NCBI GenBank assembly: GCA_050084985.1
Contig: JBITNC010000001.1
Span: forward strand, 141,794,001 to 141,858,000
Direction: 5' to 3'
Origin: Nageia nagi
Taxonomy: Eukaryota; Plantae; Pinophyta
Length of the DNA stretch: 64,000 nucleotides
The notes under the pieces are model-generated. The model made no database searches. It was given only the letters and a program-made list of their open reading frames with translations, and was not told the DNA's origin. Shown in pieces: positions 28,395 to 42,730 of this stretch. How positions within the stretch are numbered: position 1 is the stretch's first letter; each line of letters opens with the position of its first letter. A program made the position numbers and the translations under genes.

Positions 28395-29332
28395 GAGAAT
28401 TGAAATATAACATGAAAAACTCTAAAATTTGAAGATCACATGAAAGCTCATAATACACATCTAACAAACTCACAAAGCAATCTCACAAAGATAACACAAG
28501 ATGTAAGTGGTTCCTCCAACTAGGAATACATCCACTAACTAGATCTTTTCTTCAATCACAAATACAACTCTCTTATAATCCTTTTAATCTCAACTCCTAA
28601 GAACTATCCTATAGCATAACTTTACTCCACAATTAGTGTGTGATAACAAAGAGGGAGCCTTCTATTTATAAGCTAAAATCTCTCTTTGAATCACCCTTTT
28701 ATCCAATGTACAAAAGCATAACATGCACATCCTTTTACCCAAGGGCATGCTCATGACATGGAGTGTAAGACAAGTTACATTATCATATTCACTTAAATAC
28801 TTAAGGTATCAAATGATACCCTTAAGTATTAGTGAAGTTAAATAGAATATTATTACAAAACCTTTACAATAATGCATTATACATTCCAACAGTCTCCCTT
28901 AATGCAATATTGGAATAGACCAAATAATAGAGAAGAAAGAGAGAATGTAAGAGAGTTCTCCTCCAAACAAATATAATGGAGATAATAACTTTTTACATAT
29001 TTGTGAAGTAAGAAAGATATAGTTTGAGATTCACTACTTTTCCAAATACAAGCATTAACCATAATCGATTTCAATATACATGAAGTAGTCATCCAATTGA
29101 AAATCATAAAGAGTCTCTAAGAACCTGCATACCTAAAGTAAGTAACCTACAATCTCAAAGGAACTTGCAAGTCATAAGTAGATCAAATAATAAGATCAAT
29201 TAGATGCAACAAATTCATCTCAATAAAGATAGATGAATCACATAAATGCGATCATAAATTGATCAATGGTACACTATAAGTCATCATGAAGATGCCATGC
29301 CAAAAACTCATAGTCACCTATAGTATATAAAA
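28395..29332 (-). mobile_element. 3' LTR and PPT of a minus-strand LTR element
   Basis: aaca|gtctccctt at 28888-28900 reads PPT aagggagac followed by TGTT on the minus strand. LTR-like aacacaagatgtaagtggttc at about 28493. Limits approximate. Confidence 0.55.
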
Positions 29333-29516
29333 TATTACCTTAAACATATAATATTATAATTATATGAATCACAAAAAACTAATAGAATAAGAAAAAGATA
29401 GACTTTTGGTCAAAGTTCACCAAAATAAGGTAAAACTATAAAATGCTATTGAAATGTGCATCCTCTAAAGAACTATGCTTATGTTTGGGAAACACATAGG
29501 GTTTGAAATATGTAGA

Positions 29517-32500
29517 TCAGTGCCACCACCCAACACTACCCACACCACCCCTCACAATCTCTCCCACCCTATGCACTCTTCCATTTCACCTCTTGTACAT
29601 ATTTTTCTAGCCTCTTCTCACGAGCTAGCCACTACTAAATGCACCTCCTAAGGCTTCACCACCTCACATGTGCCTCCTTAGGCTCTCTACATATTGCCCA
29701 AAGTCTCCCACATGATGCTTCTCTATGCATCATTACTTTGCCAATGCTCATACATTTTAGTTATAGAGCACTTATCATCTAGTATATCTACCATATTATC
29801 TTTCCACATGGATTGCTTTGACCATTTGAAAACCATATTAGCAAATTGTAATGTGGACTAAATAGATCACCTACCACATCAGCATTTAGTCAGCACATTA
29901 GCACCTTGACACATTATGAACCTACTCTGCCATGTTAATGCCACATCAGTACCCTACCACACTAATAGTTCACCCCTACCATGTCAACCCATCTGTATAG
30001 TCAACATTCTACCTTGTAAAATGTGCCCAATCAGCATTTTGAGGTGTTATTGGCCTTTTTTTAACTTGAAAAGTATTTTGGCCATAACTTCTTCATTTTT
30101 TGTTTATTTTTCGATAATTTTTTTCATTGGATTCAAATTTTTTACAAGTATAATTTGAGATGGTTTTCATACTTTAAAAATGTAAATATTTTTATAGAAA
30201 TTACATAATTTGTGTAACTTATTTTTTAGAAAAAGATCACTTAAATTTTTAAAAATTTTGAGACATTGAAGTTTTGTTAAAAATACATTCACTTATGAGC
30301 ATTGTTGGAATTGTGTTAACTGGTAAAGAAAATTGGCCATAGTGGCCTAGGAAAATAAATCATACTTTAATTTTCAATGATTTTTGGGTTGGCATTTATG
30401 ATGAAGATAACCAAGATACCAAATCAATTGATGCCAAGGAACTTGCGATTTGGAATATGAAAAATAGTAAATCATATGCCTTATTTGCTTCTTTAGTTAG
30501 TGAGGAGGTTAATTGATACATTACTTCCATATATGATGCATGGAATACATTGAAGAAACTAAAATACTTGTTTAAATCCCAATTTAAATTAAAATTGATC
30601 CAACTTCAATAAAAACATTTTAACCTAGAGTTAAAGAATGATGATCACATTGCATTAATTTTTGAAATTAGATGAATAATGCATGACATTGACTCTACTG
30701 GTGTGAAGATTGATATTGCTCTCATAGATTTTATTAAGGCATTGTACCCCACATACACAAAGTATCTTGAATCCTTGCAAGCTTGTGGTAACTTGAAATC
30801 TCTCATATTTGATACTTTAGCAGATAAGATTACAAAATGTGAGAAGGTATTTGGAAAGAAAAATAGTGAACCTACTTTAGACACATTATTTTTTGCTCAA
30901 AAGGGAAAGAATATTGCATATTATTCTTCTCAAGGTGAAAGTAGCAACCGTGATTATGGTAGGAGGAATCATAGAGGTAGGGGGAAGATCTAATCTAGGT
31001 GATCATGATGAGAGGAATAATCTCCATTTTAAAAGATGTGATAGATGAAGCCATGAAGCTAATACCTATTACACTTCATGGGACAAGATCAAAGAAAGGA
31101 ATAAAAAATGGGAGCAATACAAGAGTAAGAATTTTGATTTTGCTCATTATGTTACAACATACTGTAACAATACCATTGAAAATTTATGTAATACTTCATT
31201 TGAATCTTAGGAGGATCCATGATTGCTTGATACTGGTGCTACATGTGTTGGGTGTATTTGTTAAAGAACAAGTCTGAATGTTTTGAAAAGTTTAAGGAAT
31301 TTCATGTGATGATTGAAAAAGAAGAAAACACTCATATTGGCACTTTTCATTTTGATAATTGGGGTGAATACACTTTAGTTGAATTCAAGAATTATCTTAT
31401 TCAGCATGGAATCAAGCATCAAACTATTATTCCTTATAATCTACAATGAAATGGTATAGCTAAAAGGATGAATAGAACTTTGTTGAATATGACATGGGAA
31501 ATGTTAATTTTCAATAATGTGAAAATGATGTTTTGGGGTGATGTAGTTGCTTATGTAGTGTATGTCATAAATATATGTCCATCTCATTCTCTTGATGATA
31601 ATACTTTGTATGATATGTGGTTTGGTAGTGTTCCTTCGGTTTAACATCTCAAGGTTTTTGGTTCCACTTGCTATGCCCTAATCCATAAGGAATAAAGAAA
31701 CAAACTCGGTCCCATGAGTCAAAAATGTATTTTCTTGGCATACTCAAATACTACCAAGGTTTATAAGCTTTATGACAAGGTAAACAAAAAGTTCCTCTTT
31801 GCAAGGGACATCATTTTTCTAGAATATTCCAAGAGTGACTTGACTATTGAGAAGCAACTTGATCACCTTGATAAGTTTACCTATGGAAATCATTTCTTTG
31901 AACATCATTATGAGATTACAAATGTTGAGGGGAGATCCATATATTGGATCAATCTTTGGAATCTACAACACTTGTACCTATTTCAAAAGTGCCTATTCTA
32001 GTAATTACACCTAGTCAAGTAGGATAAGCATCTCCTCTACCATAATAAGATCCTTCCTCTTTATCAGTTTTAGTAGGACCTTTGGATGATGTGATTGAAG
32101 GGTTCAATAGGTTGAGTCTTAACAAAAATGAAGAGCCTCCTCATCTTGTTGAGAAACTAGAAACATCACAAAAGATTCCTAAGTGGCTCTCTAAAGCACT
32201 TGAGAGTGTTCATCTTAATGAAGTTGGAAAGATGGGAACTAGGAGTTCCTACAAAGAAATTGAAGATGGAGTAGTAGAGGGTTCAGTTTTAAGATATGAT
32301 ACTAAGGATATGGAATGTTCTTTTGATTGTGAATTGAATTTCTCTGCTAATTATGAGTTGATTTCCTTTAAATAAGCTTTTTTCTCATGATGTCAAGAAG
32401 ATGCCATGAAGAAGGAGTATGATGCTCTCATCAAGAATGGGATGTGGAAGTTGGTGGATCCTCCATACATAACTAAACCTATTAGATGCAACTGGGTATA

Positions 32501-34158
32501 TAAAAACAAGTATATATTTAATGGCTTACTTAAGAAATACAAAGTGAGAATTGTGAAAAAGGATTTTACACATAAAGAAGGTACTAATTATGATGAAACC
32601 TTTGCTTCCATAGCAAAATGGGCTACTATTCATTATTTGTTGCCAAGGTTAGCTCAAAATGGATAGAAAGTTCATTAGATGAATGTGAAGACTGCTTTCT
32701 TGAATGGTGATTTGAAATAAAATGTGTATATAAGACAACCAAAAGAATTTACAATGAAGGATTAGGAACAAAAAGTTTGTAAGGTCATCAAATCCTTGTA
32801 TGGCCTAAAATAAGCTCCTCATGCTTAGTACAAAAATCTTACTAAGCATCTCTTGAAAATAAATTTTGAACACTTTAATCTTGATGATGCAACTTTGTTT
32901 GTCAATTTTTTTGGCAAAACTATTGTATATCTTGTGGTGTATGTAGATGATCTTTTGATAACTGGGAATAATCAAAGTTACATTGCATCCATGAAATAAG
33001 ATTTGAAGAGAGGTTTTGAAATGATATATATGAGACATATTCATTACTATTTGGGTGTTGAAGTGATAGAAAACCCAAGGTACATTTTTAATTTCCAAAG
33101 AAAGTACATTAGAGAATTGTTGAACAAATTTGGCATGATAGATTGTAATCCTCTTTCCACTCTAATGGAACAAAATTTGAAGTTGAAATCTATAGAAGGG
33201 AATGCATTTGAGGATGAAATGAAGTATAGATAACTTGTTGGGAGTCTCATATATATAACCACAACTAGATCAGATATTTCATTTGCAATTAGAATTCTCT
33301 CTCAATTTATGTAAAAAATATGTGAAGGGCATTGGAATGAAGCAAAAAGAGTTCTTTGATATTTGAAAGGCACACAAGAATTAGCACTTAAGTATTCCAA
33401 AGTAGGAGACTTCAAATTGATTGGATATACAAATTCAAACTTTGATGGTGATAATGAAAATGGAGTTTTCACTTCAAGATATGCCATGAGTCTTAGATCG
33501 ATAGCTATCTTTTGGAGATCACAAAAATAATCCATCCTAAAAGTTTCCACTATGGAGGTAGCGAAATTGGCTACTATAGAAGAAAAAAAGGAGATTGTGT
33601 GGCTCAAGAAGATATTGGAATATTTGTAGGAAAAATAGGTGAATCCAACTACACTTTTAATTGATAATATTTCTATAATTCAATTGGCCAAGAATCCAAA
33701 GTTTAGTTATTGCACAAAGTACATCAATACAAAGTATCATTTGATTCGACATCATGTAGAGGTCAACATAATTCAATGGAAACATTGTCCACAAATGAGA
33801 AAATAGCAGACATCTTCACCAAGGCACTTGGAAGAGAAAATTTTGAGAAGTTTAGGAAGATGCTCTGACTTACAAACTCCCCTTCAAATTAAGGGGGAAT
33901 GTTAGACACCTAATCCTTAGGTATTATGGTATAGATAGTATAGTAGTAGTTACTATATTTAGTAAATTCATAGCTTTATGTGTGCTAGAATTTAGAGAGT
34001 CTTTTCTAGAAGAATATGAAGAGTTACATTATATCTCAAGGGTCACCCAATAAGGTGAGGTTGAAGAGTCATTCACCAAATGTATTAAGGTAATATTCTA
34101 AAATAATATAATGCTTTTTGATCTTGGAGTTATCGAGCTTGGCAATTATAATCCTAGA
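29517..34158 (+). mobile_element. Ty1/Copia element copy 2, 5' LTR deleted
   Basis: Collinear with 17119-21747. 3' LTR 33900-34158 has the same downstream flank (atacttttgtaaagg) as copy 1, so it arose by duplication and not by a new insertion. Confidence 0.95.
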
Positions 34159-35110
34159 ATACTTTTGTAAAGGTATCAAGTAGGAGTTATTTCATTTGAA
34201 AATGATGATAACTTGTTTGATAAACTATTTCCTCTTAGCTTAAAATTGAAATCATTCTTTTGGTTTACTAATATACCTAATGAAATTGTTACATGTTTCA
34301 ATTATGTTGTTAAAGCTTTTTTGGATCAATATAATTTGTTCATAATATAAGAAACATCTCCCTTAGACATGTATACCCTAAAATAGAACCAAGGTTAACT
34401 TATTACCAACTTCATATTATAATGGTCCAAGATAGCTAGCAAATTCCATATCCCTACCAAAGAAAAGAATCATATTCTTTTTCAATCCTTATTTCCATCT
34501 TATAGATGTGATTTTTCATAGTTCTAGAACTACCCATATGAAAAACTAATACTCAAAATGATTAGTAAAGAGGCTCATCACAAATCCTTTAATGAACCAT
34601 TAGCCCACATGAAGCCAAATTCATTCCAAACCCATGTTTCTCTTGAAAAACCTTGAAATATCCATCACCATTAGCCTGAAGTCAAAATGATGCTCATGTC
34701 AGCCATAATGATATAGAACTTTGGCAATTTAGGAAGTCATGAAGGCAAAATACTGAGTTCCATGAGGAAATTAGTGAAGTATTGGATTCATTAGTAGCTA
34801 TGAACTTGGTTCATTAATGAAAGAGTCCCCTACATTAAACGTTAAGGATATCAAGCACACCTCTTTTGTAATTTCCATAAGAGAGTCAATCATGCCATAA
34901 AAGAGTGTTATCATCCTAGAAATACAATCCAACACTTACATGATAAGGGTAAATTTAAATTTGACCATGAAGTTTCAAATGAGGTTTTGCATCAATACAA
35001 GTTTAAATCAGTATAGGATGGACTAATACATCATCAAAATCAAATATTGAAGATATTTAACAATCCATTTCCATAATTTAAGAAGGTGAAACTTGATGAT
35101 GATGGAAAGA
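34159..35110 (+). pseudogene. Decayed gag C-terminal part (copy 2)
   Basis: Collinear with 21748-22700. Confidence 0.75.
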
Positions 35111-35699
35111 AGTTGTAGATAAAAACTATGAGTATCCCTCAACCAAAACCACAACAATAAGCTCAAAAATTGATGGTGTTCAAGCTATTTTCTAAATTAT
35201 ATCACTATATTTCATATTTGTACATTTCTTTTTCATTATTTGGTCCAAAATTTGAAATTTTTCATTTTGAATTGAATCTTCCTATTCTAAAAAAATGAGT
35301 AATGGCATTGGAACCTAACATCACCACTCCATTTCTAGTCCTATTTAGCCAAAATGTTGATATGGTATTTTAGGTATATATGTTTTACTATAAAAATACG
35401 TATATCTCTATCTTATTTCTATGCTTTTTGGTAAATGATTTGCAAATTGGATGAACTAAATACTAGTCTATCAACTTTCATTTCTTTTATATTCATCAAA
35501 TTTTAGGCCTCTTTTTTCATTGATTAGGCCATATCCTAATCCTGTGTTTCATTTTTATTTTCATTTTCTCTCCTAATCTGAGTCCTGCTACTCTATTCTA
35601 CCTAAAATTATTAGGAGTATTTTTAATATTTTAGGATTTTATATATTCATACTTTCTAAAATCACTATGTTTATAAGTCCATAGAACATGAGTCACCAA

Positions 35700-37400
35700 T
35701 AAATCAACCTAGTTCTACCCATGGGAATTTTGACCAAAAAATGGATCTTGTGTCCTACTCCTATACCTAAACCTAGAGTGACTAGCAGGTATTGCTATCG
35801 GTGTCTGCCTAGACTAAAGGAGCTAACTATCCTTAATCATTATTAGATCTTGGAGCCTCTTCAACTCTGATAATGCATCACATGAGTAAGATCCTATAGA
35901 GTCTCTATATATCCTTGAAGGACACTTATCTAGTCATATCAAGTCTTCAACTACAATTGTAGTCTCATCACCTACGTTTGTAATGCTACCACCTAAGTCT
36001 CTAACCTTGTGTCAAAAAGCTTATTGTCAATTTTCCTTTTCCTAAATAAGCTAATAGCTAAATCCTTAATATTTAGGTATACCTGAGGTATCTATTGGGG
36101 GATCTACAACTCCTTATGGGGATGATTCAAATGGCTTTATAGGTCGAGTAGGTGGTGGAAGATCACCCACATTCATGGGCTCATCTTCCACCATCTCCAT
36201 CATCTCCTCCTCCTCCTCCCCCATCTCCTCCTCTTCCTCTACCTCATTCCCCTCCTCATCCTAGAGGCTTAATAGGTCAAACCTCATTGAGTTCCATCAT
36301 TTTTGATACTCTTAAGTATGCTGATGAAAAGGGGTAGTCATCATGGGGCCATGATCATATGATAAAATTCACTTTGCACTCAATGTTGGAACAACATTAC
36401 CCTTAATGTAATTGCTTGATAACAATACTAAACTATATGATAACCTAATCTAATTGATAGAACTTAGTCACCTATTTGTGACCCTAAATGTGATATGGAG
36501 TTATACTCCATTATAGCTCTTCATTTGATCCCTCCCATATTGGTAATTCAAAGTATAGGTCCCAAACCAAGTCATCCTCATTTAGTAGATCTAATAGTCT
36601 CTAACATTGCTTAACTACTTATTTCATCCCTAACCCTTGCATAGTCTACCACTAAAACTAGTGGGGTATGTCCACCTATGTCACTATAGGAATATAGATA
36701 CAAGCTACACTAATATGCTCGTACACCTAGGTCTATTGAATGAATAAATGAGCCATACTACTACCTCCCTTCTTGATAGAAATAAAACTATGAATATTCT
36801 TATATAGTATGGCCAATATGCAAGGCACCCATGTGTACCTCTCCTTGTGAAGGCATATGCCTTGTACTATGGGAATGAACCCAATATGACATCACTTATG
36901 GTTCTTATCTCTACATAAGATTATGTTAATAAGAATAACAATATATAGTCTAAAGTACCTTGTAAAATCAATATCCTCTAGGGGTATGTAAACCATATCA
37001 TGAAGGGGTGCACCCTTCTTCTGTTACTGATAGTGTCTAACCCTTTTCAACAAGTAGCATTGGTCCTCCATCTCTACCATAGTTAGAGTGGCCCTCTAAA
37101 TTAGTGTACCCTTATCAAGTACCTAAAGAATGCGATGAATATCAGTTAGGGTGATAGTCATATCACCCAATGGTAAGTGAAATGTATTAATGTCATCACA
37201 CCAATGCTCCATGAGGGTAGTCAGAAAATACTTTTCACATGGGATGCACATAATCCCCTCAAATGACTAAGTCTAGATGACTCTAGTCACCCCTTTCCTC
37301 TAGATTTAGCACAAAGTCTATAACCACATCCATTGCTAGACTCCATGGTTCACATCTCATCAAGTAGGATCGATATTGCATCAGGGTAAAACATGAAATA
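35700..37400 (-). pseudogene. Decayed Plant Mobile Domain (aminotransferase-like PMD, MAIN/MAIL family) ORF, antisense within the LTR element
   Basis: Minus strand: LTTLMEHWCDDINTFHLPLGDMTITLTDIHRIL (about 37224-37126); RYTWVPCILAILYKNIH...IQ*T*VYEHI (about 36840-36715); LLDLLNEDDLVWDLY. These fit the PMD motifs ERWxxETxTFHLPxGExTxTLxDV and WGxxxLAxLY...LLQxWxYE. Confidence 0.88.
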
Positions 37401-39000
37401 TATCATCAACATAAAATATCAAAATTTAAAACAAAAATAAACTAAAAACATGTTGTTTTTCATATATTTTAAAATTTTAATGAGGTGTTTTTCAAAAAAT
37501 TTAAGTGCAAACATGTTTAGGAGATTGTACAAAGGTCATTTTTCTTATTTTCTAAAAATCTCATCCTAGCAGTGCCACTAGGATCCCAGTACTGTCATCC
37601 CATTTCAGCCCCCAATTTCTAAAAATTTTTGATACCCATTAGTTTTATCCTAGTTTGTAAAATTAAAATGTATTCCATTTCCCTCCATGCATGTATAAAC
37701 TTAACCCTACATGTTTACATTGTATGTTTCAAAAATTTCCCAAATTTAGCACAAACTTGATAAAATTAAAAAAGTAAACCATAAAAAACCTTCTAAACAA
37801 TGCATAGACCAAGAGAATAAGAAACATTTTGGTACCTATTTCCCATTAGGAAAAAAATGAATAATTAGAGATTGGTGATCTTGTTGTGAAGTAATTCAAC
37901 AAGCCATATCAATAATGAATGCAACCAACAAGTCAATAAGACATCATAACCTCCCCATAAGTTGAGTAGGATAGCTAAGACCTTGAGGACCAGAGATCAA
38001 ATTGACAACTTGTGAATGTGTAAATAAAACCTTATTTTTCTTATTTATAAACTAATTGGAAACCCATTTTTCAATTTGATTGCTCATCCTTGACAATCAC
38101 CCAAAACTAAACCTCTTTTTCTCATCAAATTTCCTCACACTCATCTATGTTCTTTTGCTTAACACCCTATCATGCCTTTATCAATGTGTCATTGCTACAT
38201 TCTAGTGCTACTATTACGTTCCTGAGCTCATTTTTTATCAAATGTTATGCCTAAAATTTTTTCTTTACCTACATCCAATAAAAATGTTAATCATTATCCA
38301 TAATAACATATAAATTATCAAAAATCCCTCTTAGGGAAAATTGGTAAAAACTAAATGAAATGATCACCAAATTTTTCTTTACATGTTTTCTTCTTATAAA
38401 TTTCTACTCTTTTTCACTTCAATACAATGGCACAAAGCTAATAAAATTTTTCTTTTCTAAAATTATTTTCCTTATCCTAGCATCGATGCTATGTTCCTAG
38501 CACTATCACTAGATTAAAATGGTCATTTAAAGTGGATTTGTATTTCCATAGTTCATGTGTGTGCTTAAAGAAGAAAAATAATGTATAATTTTCATTTATG
38601 TCCAATGATTGATCAAAAATATATGTGCTTCAATAATTCTCTTTTCAACCTTCATATCACAAATAAATGTTCATTTTATGCTTATTAGCATTGCTATGAC
38701 ATTTCAAATAGTGACACGTAAAAAAAAATTTACTTATCAAATGCTTGGTTATATATCTTATTTAAAATTTCTTATCAATGAACATTGTGGTAAAATACAC
38801 ATAATTTCTTGTCATACATATTGCTTGTTTATATTTCTTTACTAAAAAGATGTTTTCTTAATAGTTACTCATCAAAATATTATTTTGTTCAAATGTATGC
38901 TTATCAAAAAGTTGATTATTATTATTTTTCTAAGTTGATGCTTATCATAAATAATGCTTATCATATGCTCAAAATATTTTCATATCATATTATTATTTAT

Positions 39001-39292
39001 CATTGGCCTCCTTTGTAAGGAAGGGGCATTCTTATCAGCAAATCCATGGCAACATGGTGTCTTGGGAAACTAAGTTGGTCACTCATATCATTGGCTACCT
39101 TTGTAAGGAAGGGAAACTCTTATTACTAAATCCATGGAAACATGGTGGCTTGAAAAACCAAGTTGATCATTCTTATCATTTGATGCCTTTGTAAGGAAGG
39201 GTCAATCTTATATTTGAGTACCTTTGTATGGAAGGATCATTCATATAAAAATCCATGGAAATATGGTGGCTTAAAAAACCAAGTTGATCAAT
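39001..39292 (+). repeat. About 88-bp degenerate tandem repeat (3 copies plus a partial) in the 3' internal region of the LTR element
   Basis: Recurring cctttgtaaggaagg...aaatccatgg(c/a)aa(c/t)atggtg...aagttg. Confidence 0.8.
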
Positions 39293-39659
39293 CTAAATTA
39301 TTTACCATCCTCATCAAATTTTAGTGGGTACATCACAAAGGATAGGTTTCCTTTCTTATCACACTTTCCATATCATAGTGTTTAATGTTTATATTTGAGA
39401 TACCTTGGAAAAAAATGTTTCTTGTCTAAGCTCTTTTTAAGTACATTTTTCTTTTCCTTGGATTTCTCTTATGATGAGGGGTCCATCATGTCACAACTAA
39501 GTCAAATGGGTAGCATAATATAAGAAAAAATCAAAGCATCCAAAGCTACTACCATGACATTACTTTTCAAGGAGTACTTTCTTACTTGTTATACTTTGAA
39601 TATATGTTTTGATTATATTTTATCCAAAAAGCATCCAAACATATTCAAAGTGGGGCATC

Positions 39660-40386
39660 TATTAATACATAAAAATAAAATTTAATTTAATTAAAATACC
39701 CATTTAGGTATTTGAAATAATTTTTTTAATTTACTAAATAAATTCTCTTTTCCATATGCACTGTCATCTATCTTTATGTTTTATAGTAATAGGTCAGTTC
39801 AATGTAACAATAAGCCTAAAGAGGAGCCTTAGCACTTGACTTATTTCTTATAAAGGTAGAGGGTTGTGCATGATCAAAGATATGCCATGATATGACATAA
39901 TCTTGAATCCTTGATAGGTGGAAATATAATTGTATCAATCTTGATCGGTGTTTCTTAATGCCACCTATCATCTTTGTATTTTTTTATACTTTGAGCTTTG
40001 CATTCCTTTGACCTTTCATCCCTTCATGAGAAAGATTTTATGTATCAAAGGTAAGATGATGATATCAAGTGAAAGGGCAAGGCATTCTATAATGGTAACC
40101 AGGTGATGTCATTGGGTTTCTAGCTCTGTTGTTGGGTTAAGGTTGGACTGATGAGTCTGTATTTTAGGAAAGCTTTTCATTCATCCTCTTTTGATCAAAT
40201 TTCACCTCCATTCATTATCACAAGTAAACTATAGGTTTGTATCTTTCGTAAATCCAGTTTTGATAGGTCAAGGTCAATTAGGTCATTATCATTTTTCATA
40301 TTATCGATTTTCTATTATTTCATAGTTAATTGGCAAATTTAATTACTCTATAAACAACCCTAATAATTATTATTTCAATTATAACA
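39660..40386 (+). mobile_element. 3' LTR of the gag + PMD element
   Basis: Collinear with 14502-15208. PPT aaagtgggg at 39647-39655. Ends ATAACA and is followed by ATAAA (40387-40391), identical to the 5 bp before the 5' LTR. Confidence 0.9.
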
Positions 40387-40949
40387 ATAAATCTAAAAAA
40401 TGATAGATTTTACCTGAAGATACATAGTTAGGTTCACTATAGAGCTAATATCAATATCAAAGTTTTTGAACAAATTTTCTTGATCCTTAAAAGAAATAAT
40501 TGGTATTCAACCTTGTATTTGTATGATCAATACTTTTTTGTTTGAAAAGACAATAAAATGGGTAATATCATTTGGTTGGATTGTAAACCCAAATTGATGC
40601 TTCTCATTTATTTGAAAATGAAAACAATATTAGGCTTCATTGTAGGATTCTAAGATTGTATCAATAATCCCCTTTTTCATTTTAACAATAAGCATGTAGA
40701 TGTTTTCAAAAAGGTCAACATTATACGCCTAGGTATTTCGATAGGAATTTTTTGATCAAGAGAGGTTATTTTGTAGATTGAGGTAATATAATAATATCAT
40801 CTAAAATATTCTACCCCTAGTGGTGGTATATATCACCATCTTGTAATTCCATAAACGAGTAATTAGAAAATATTTGATAGAGTAGATTTTAGAGAACATA
40901 ATGATGAAAATACATGAAATAAGTTGTTTATAATAGTCTAGCTCATATT

Positions 40950-41790
40950 TATGGATACATGTTATACTTTAAGAGATTATATGTGCATGTTAGACATGTA
41001 TCATATATTGAGATAGTCCTCATGAATATTGGACATGTATCAATCATATATGATTTATACCTATATTTGACATGTTTTACATGTGACAATTGGTGAATGT
41101 AGGTATGATATTTATTATGCCAAAACATGTTAATCATATATTGTTTATGCCTACATTTGATATGTTTCACACATGAGAAATGGAAAAGGTAGGTGAAAAA
41201 TTTATTATGCACACATGTGGCATTCCATGTTGGCTTAACATTGGATGGGCCATATCATTCAAAAAGGTGTAAGCCGTGTTAAATGGTAAGGCTTAAGCCA
41301 CAATGCAAGTTAATACTCTTTAACATTTTCAATCCTTGGCATTAAAGAATCGATATGGATTGAGCCATGTGATTTGATAAAGCTCTACATTTTTCATTAA
41401 TAATCTTATTATTCAATAAGGGTCAAGCTCTATTAGCTGGTATGACTTGAACCATGTTGAATGTTAAGGCCAAAAAAAGGTATAATATTTTCAAGTCTTA
41501 ACATTTGACATCACTTGAGCCATGTTGTTCAACAAGGATCTGGACTTATTGTTCATCTTGTTGTTAGACATGGTTATATCCTTTCTTTGGTCAAGACTTA
41601 ATCCATGTTGATTGATAAGGCTTCAACAATATTGATTGAAGATGCTCCCATTCTATTGATCGATAAGGTTCCATCTATATTGAATGTTAAAGCTTAGAAA
41701 TGATAAAATTAGGAATCATTTTCCTTGATCAATTTCACATATATAAAATGTTTGATTCTCACTTGTGAAATGTTTGATTCTCACATGTTA
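40950..41790. repeat. Degenerate repeat arrays (acatgt-rich units, then cttgagccatgttg...taagg units), probable TE remnant
   Basis: Related units at about 41268, 41360, 41445, 41512 and 41595; aaatgtttgattctcac twice at 41746-41784. Confidence 0.5.
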
Positions 41791-42730
41791 AGTTTCTTAT
41801 CTATATTTAAATGATTTTTCATTTTCCATTTTTCATGAAACCTACTTGATCGAATGATTACTTGTATGTGGTATCATATCTATAAATAGTTTCACTTATT
41901 TATTTTATTTTGATTTGTCATAAATAAATTCACTTCATTAACCTACAAGAAACATCATCTTCCATGGTATTATTTATTTTATTTTAATTGTATGTAAATT
42001 TAACTTCAATGAAACATACATCACTACTTTTAATTTTCTTCTACCAATAGATTAATTTTGATGCTTGCATATAAAAATTAAATCATTGAAAATCATATTT
42101 CAAAACATGGAACTATTCAAATAGATTCTAAAATATTAAAAAGTATATAAAAAGCAACTTTGGCCATTAAAAAGACATTTAGAGAAGTAATGTTGTATTA
42201 TTTATTTCTAGTAAGTTTGCATACAATCATACTTTTGTATTTTCAATAAATATCAAAATTTAATAGAAATATTTAATTTTTACATAGTTATGCTGTATCT
42301 CCACGATTTTACAAGTTTATATTGAGGGAGTGTAGGCAAAAGAAATATCATCTTAGTTTTGTAATAAAAGTAATGAAATTCTGAATTCAACTGCAAATTA
42401 TACCAATTCCCACAAAAGATGTTTGAATCACGTTGAAAGCTGAAAACAGGAAGGGAAGATACGCCAATTCCCACAAAAGATGATTGCATTTTTAAGACAT
42501 GGATATGCTCATGTCTTGTAAAGAAACACTGCAAAGATGATGCAACAACATAAACTTACTGTTTTAGCATTTACAGCCAAAGCATCAAGAAAAGAAACAG
42601 CTCCTGAATCTAACACCACCTTCAAGATCAACACCCGCAGAATATGAAAAGCCTACTAATCACTATCATTCTTTGAAGAAAAACCTTCACAATTATCTGT
42701 GGTTATCATGATAGTATCATCTTGCTTGAG

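Noticed and set aside
39001-41790. CRISPR-like repeat-spacer arrays
   Set aside because: The units are degenerate tandem repeats without unique spacers, in eukaryotic TE context with no cas genes.
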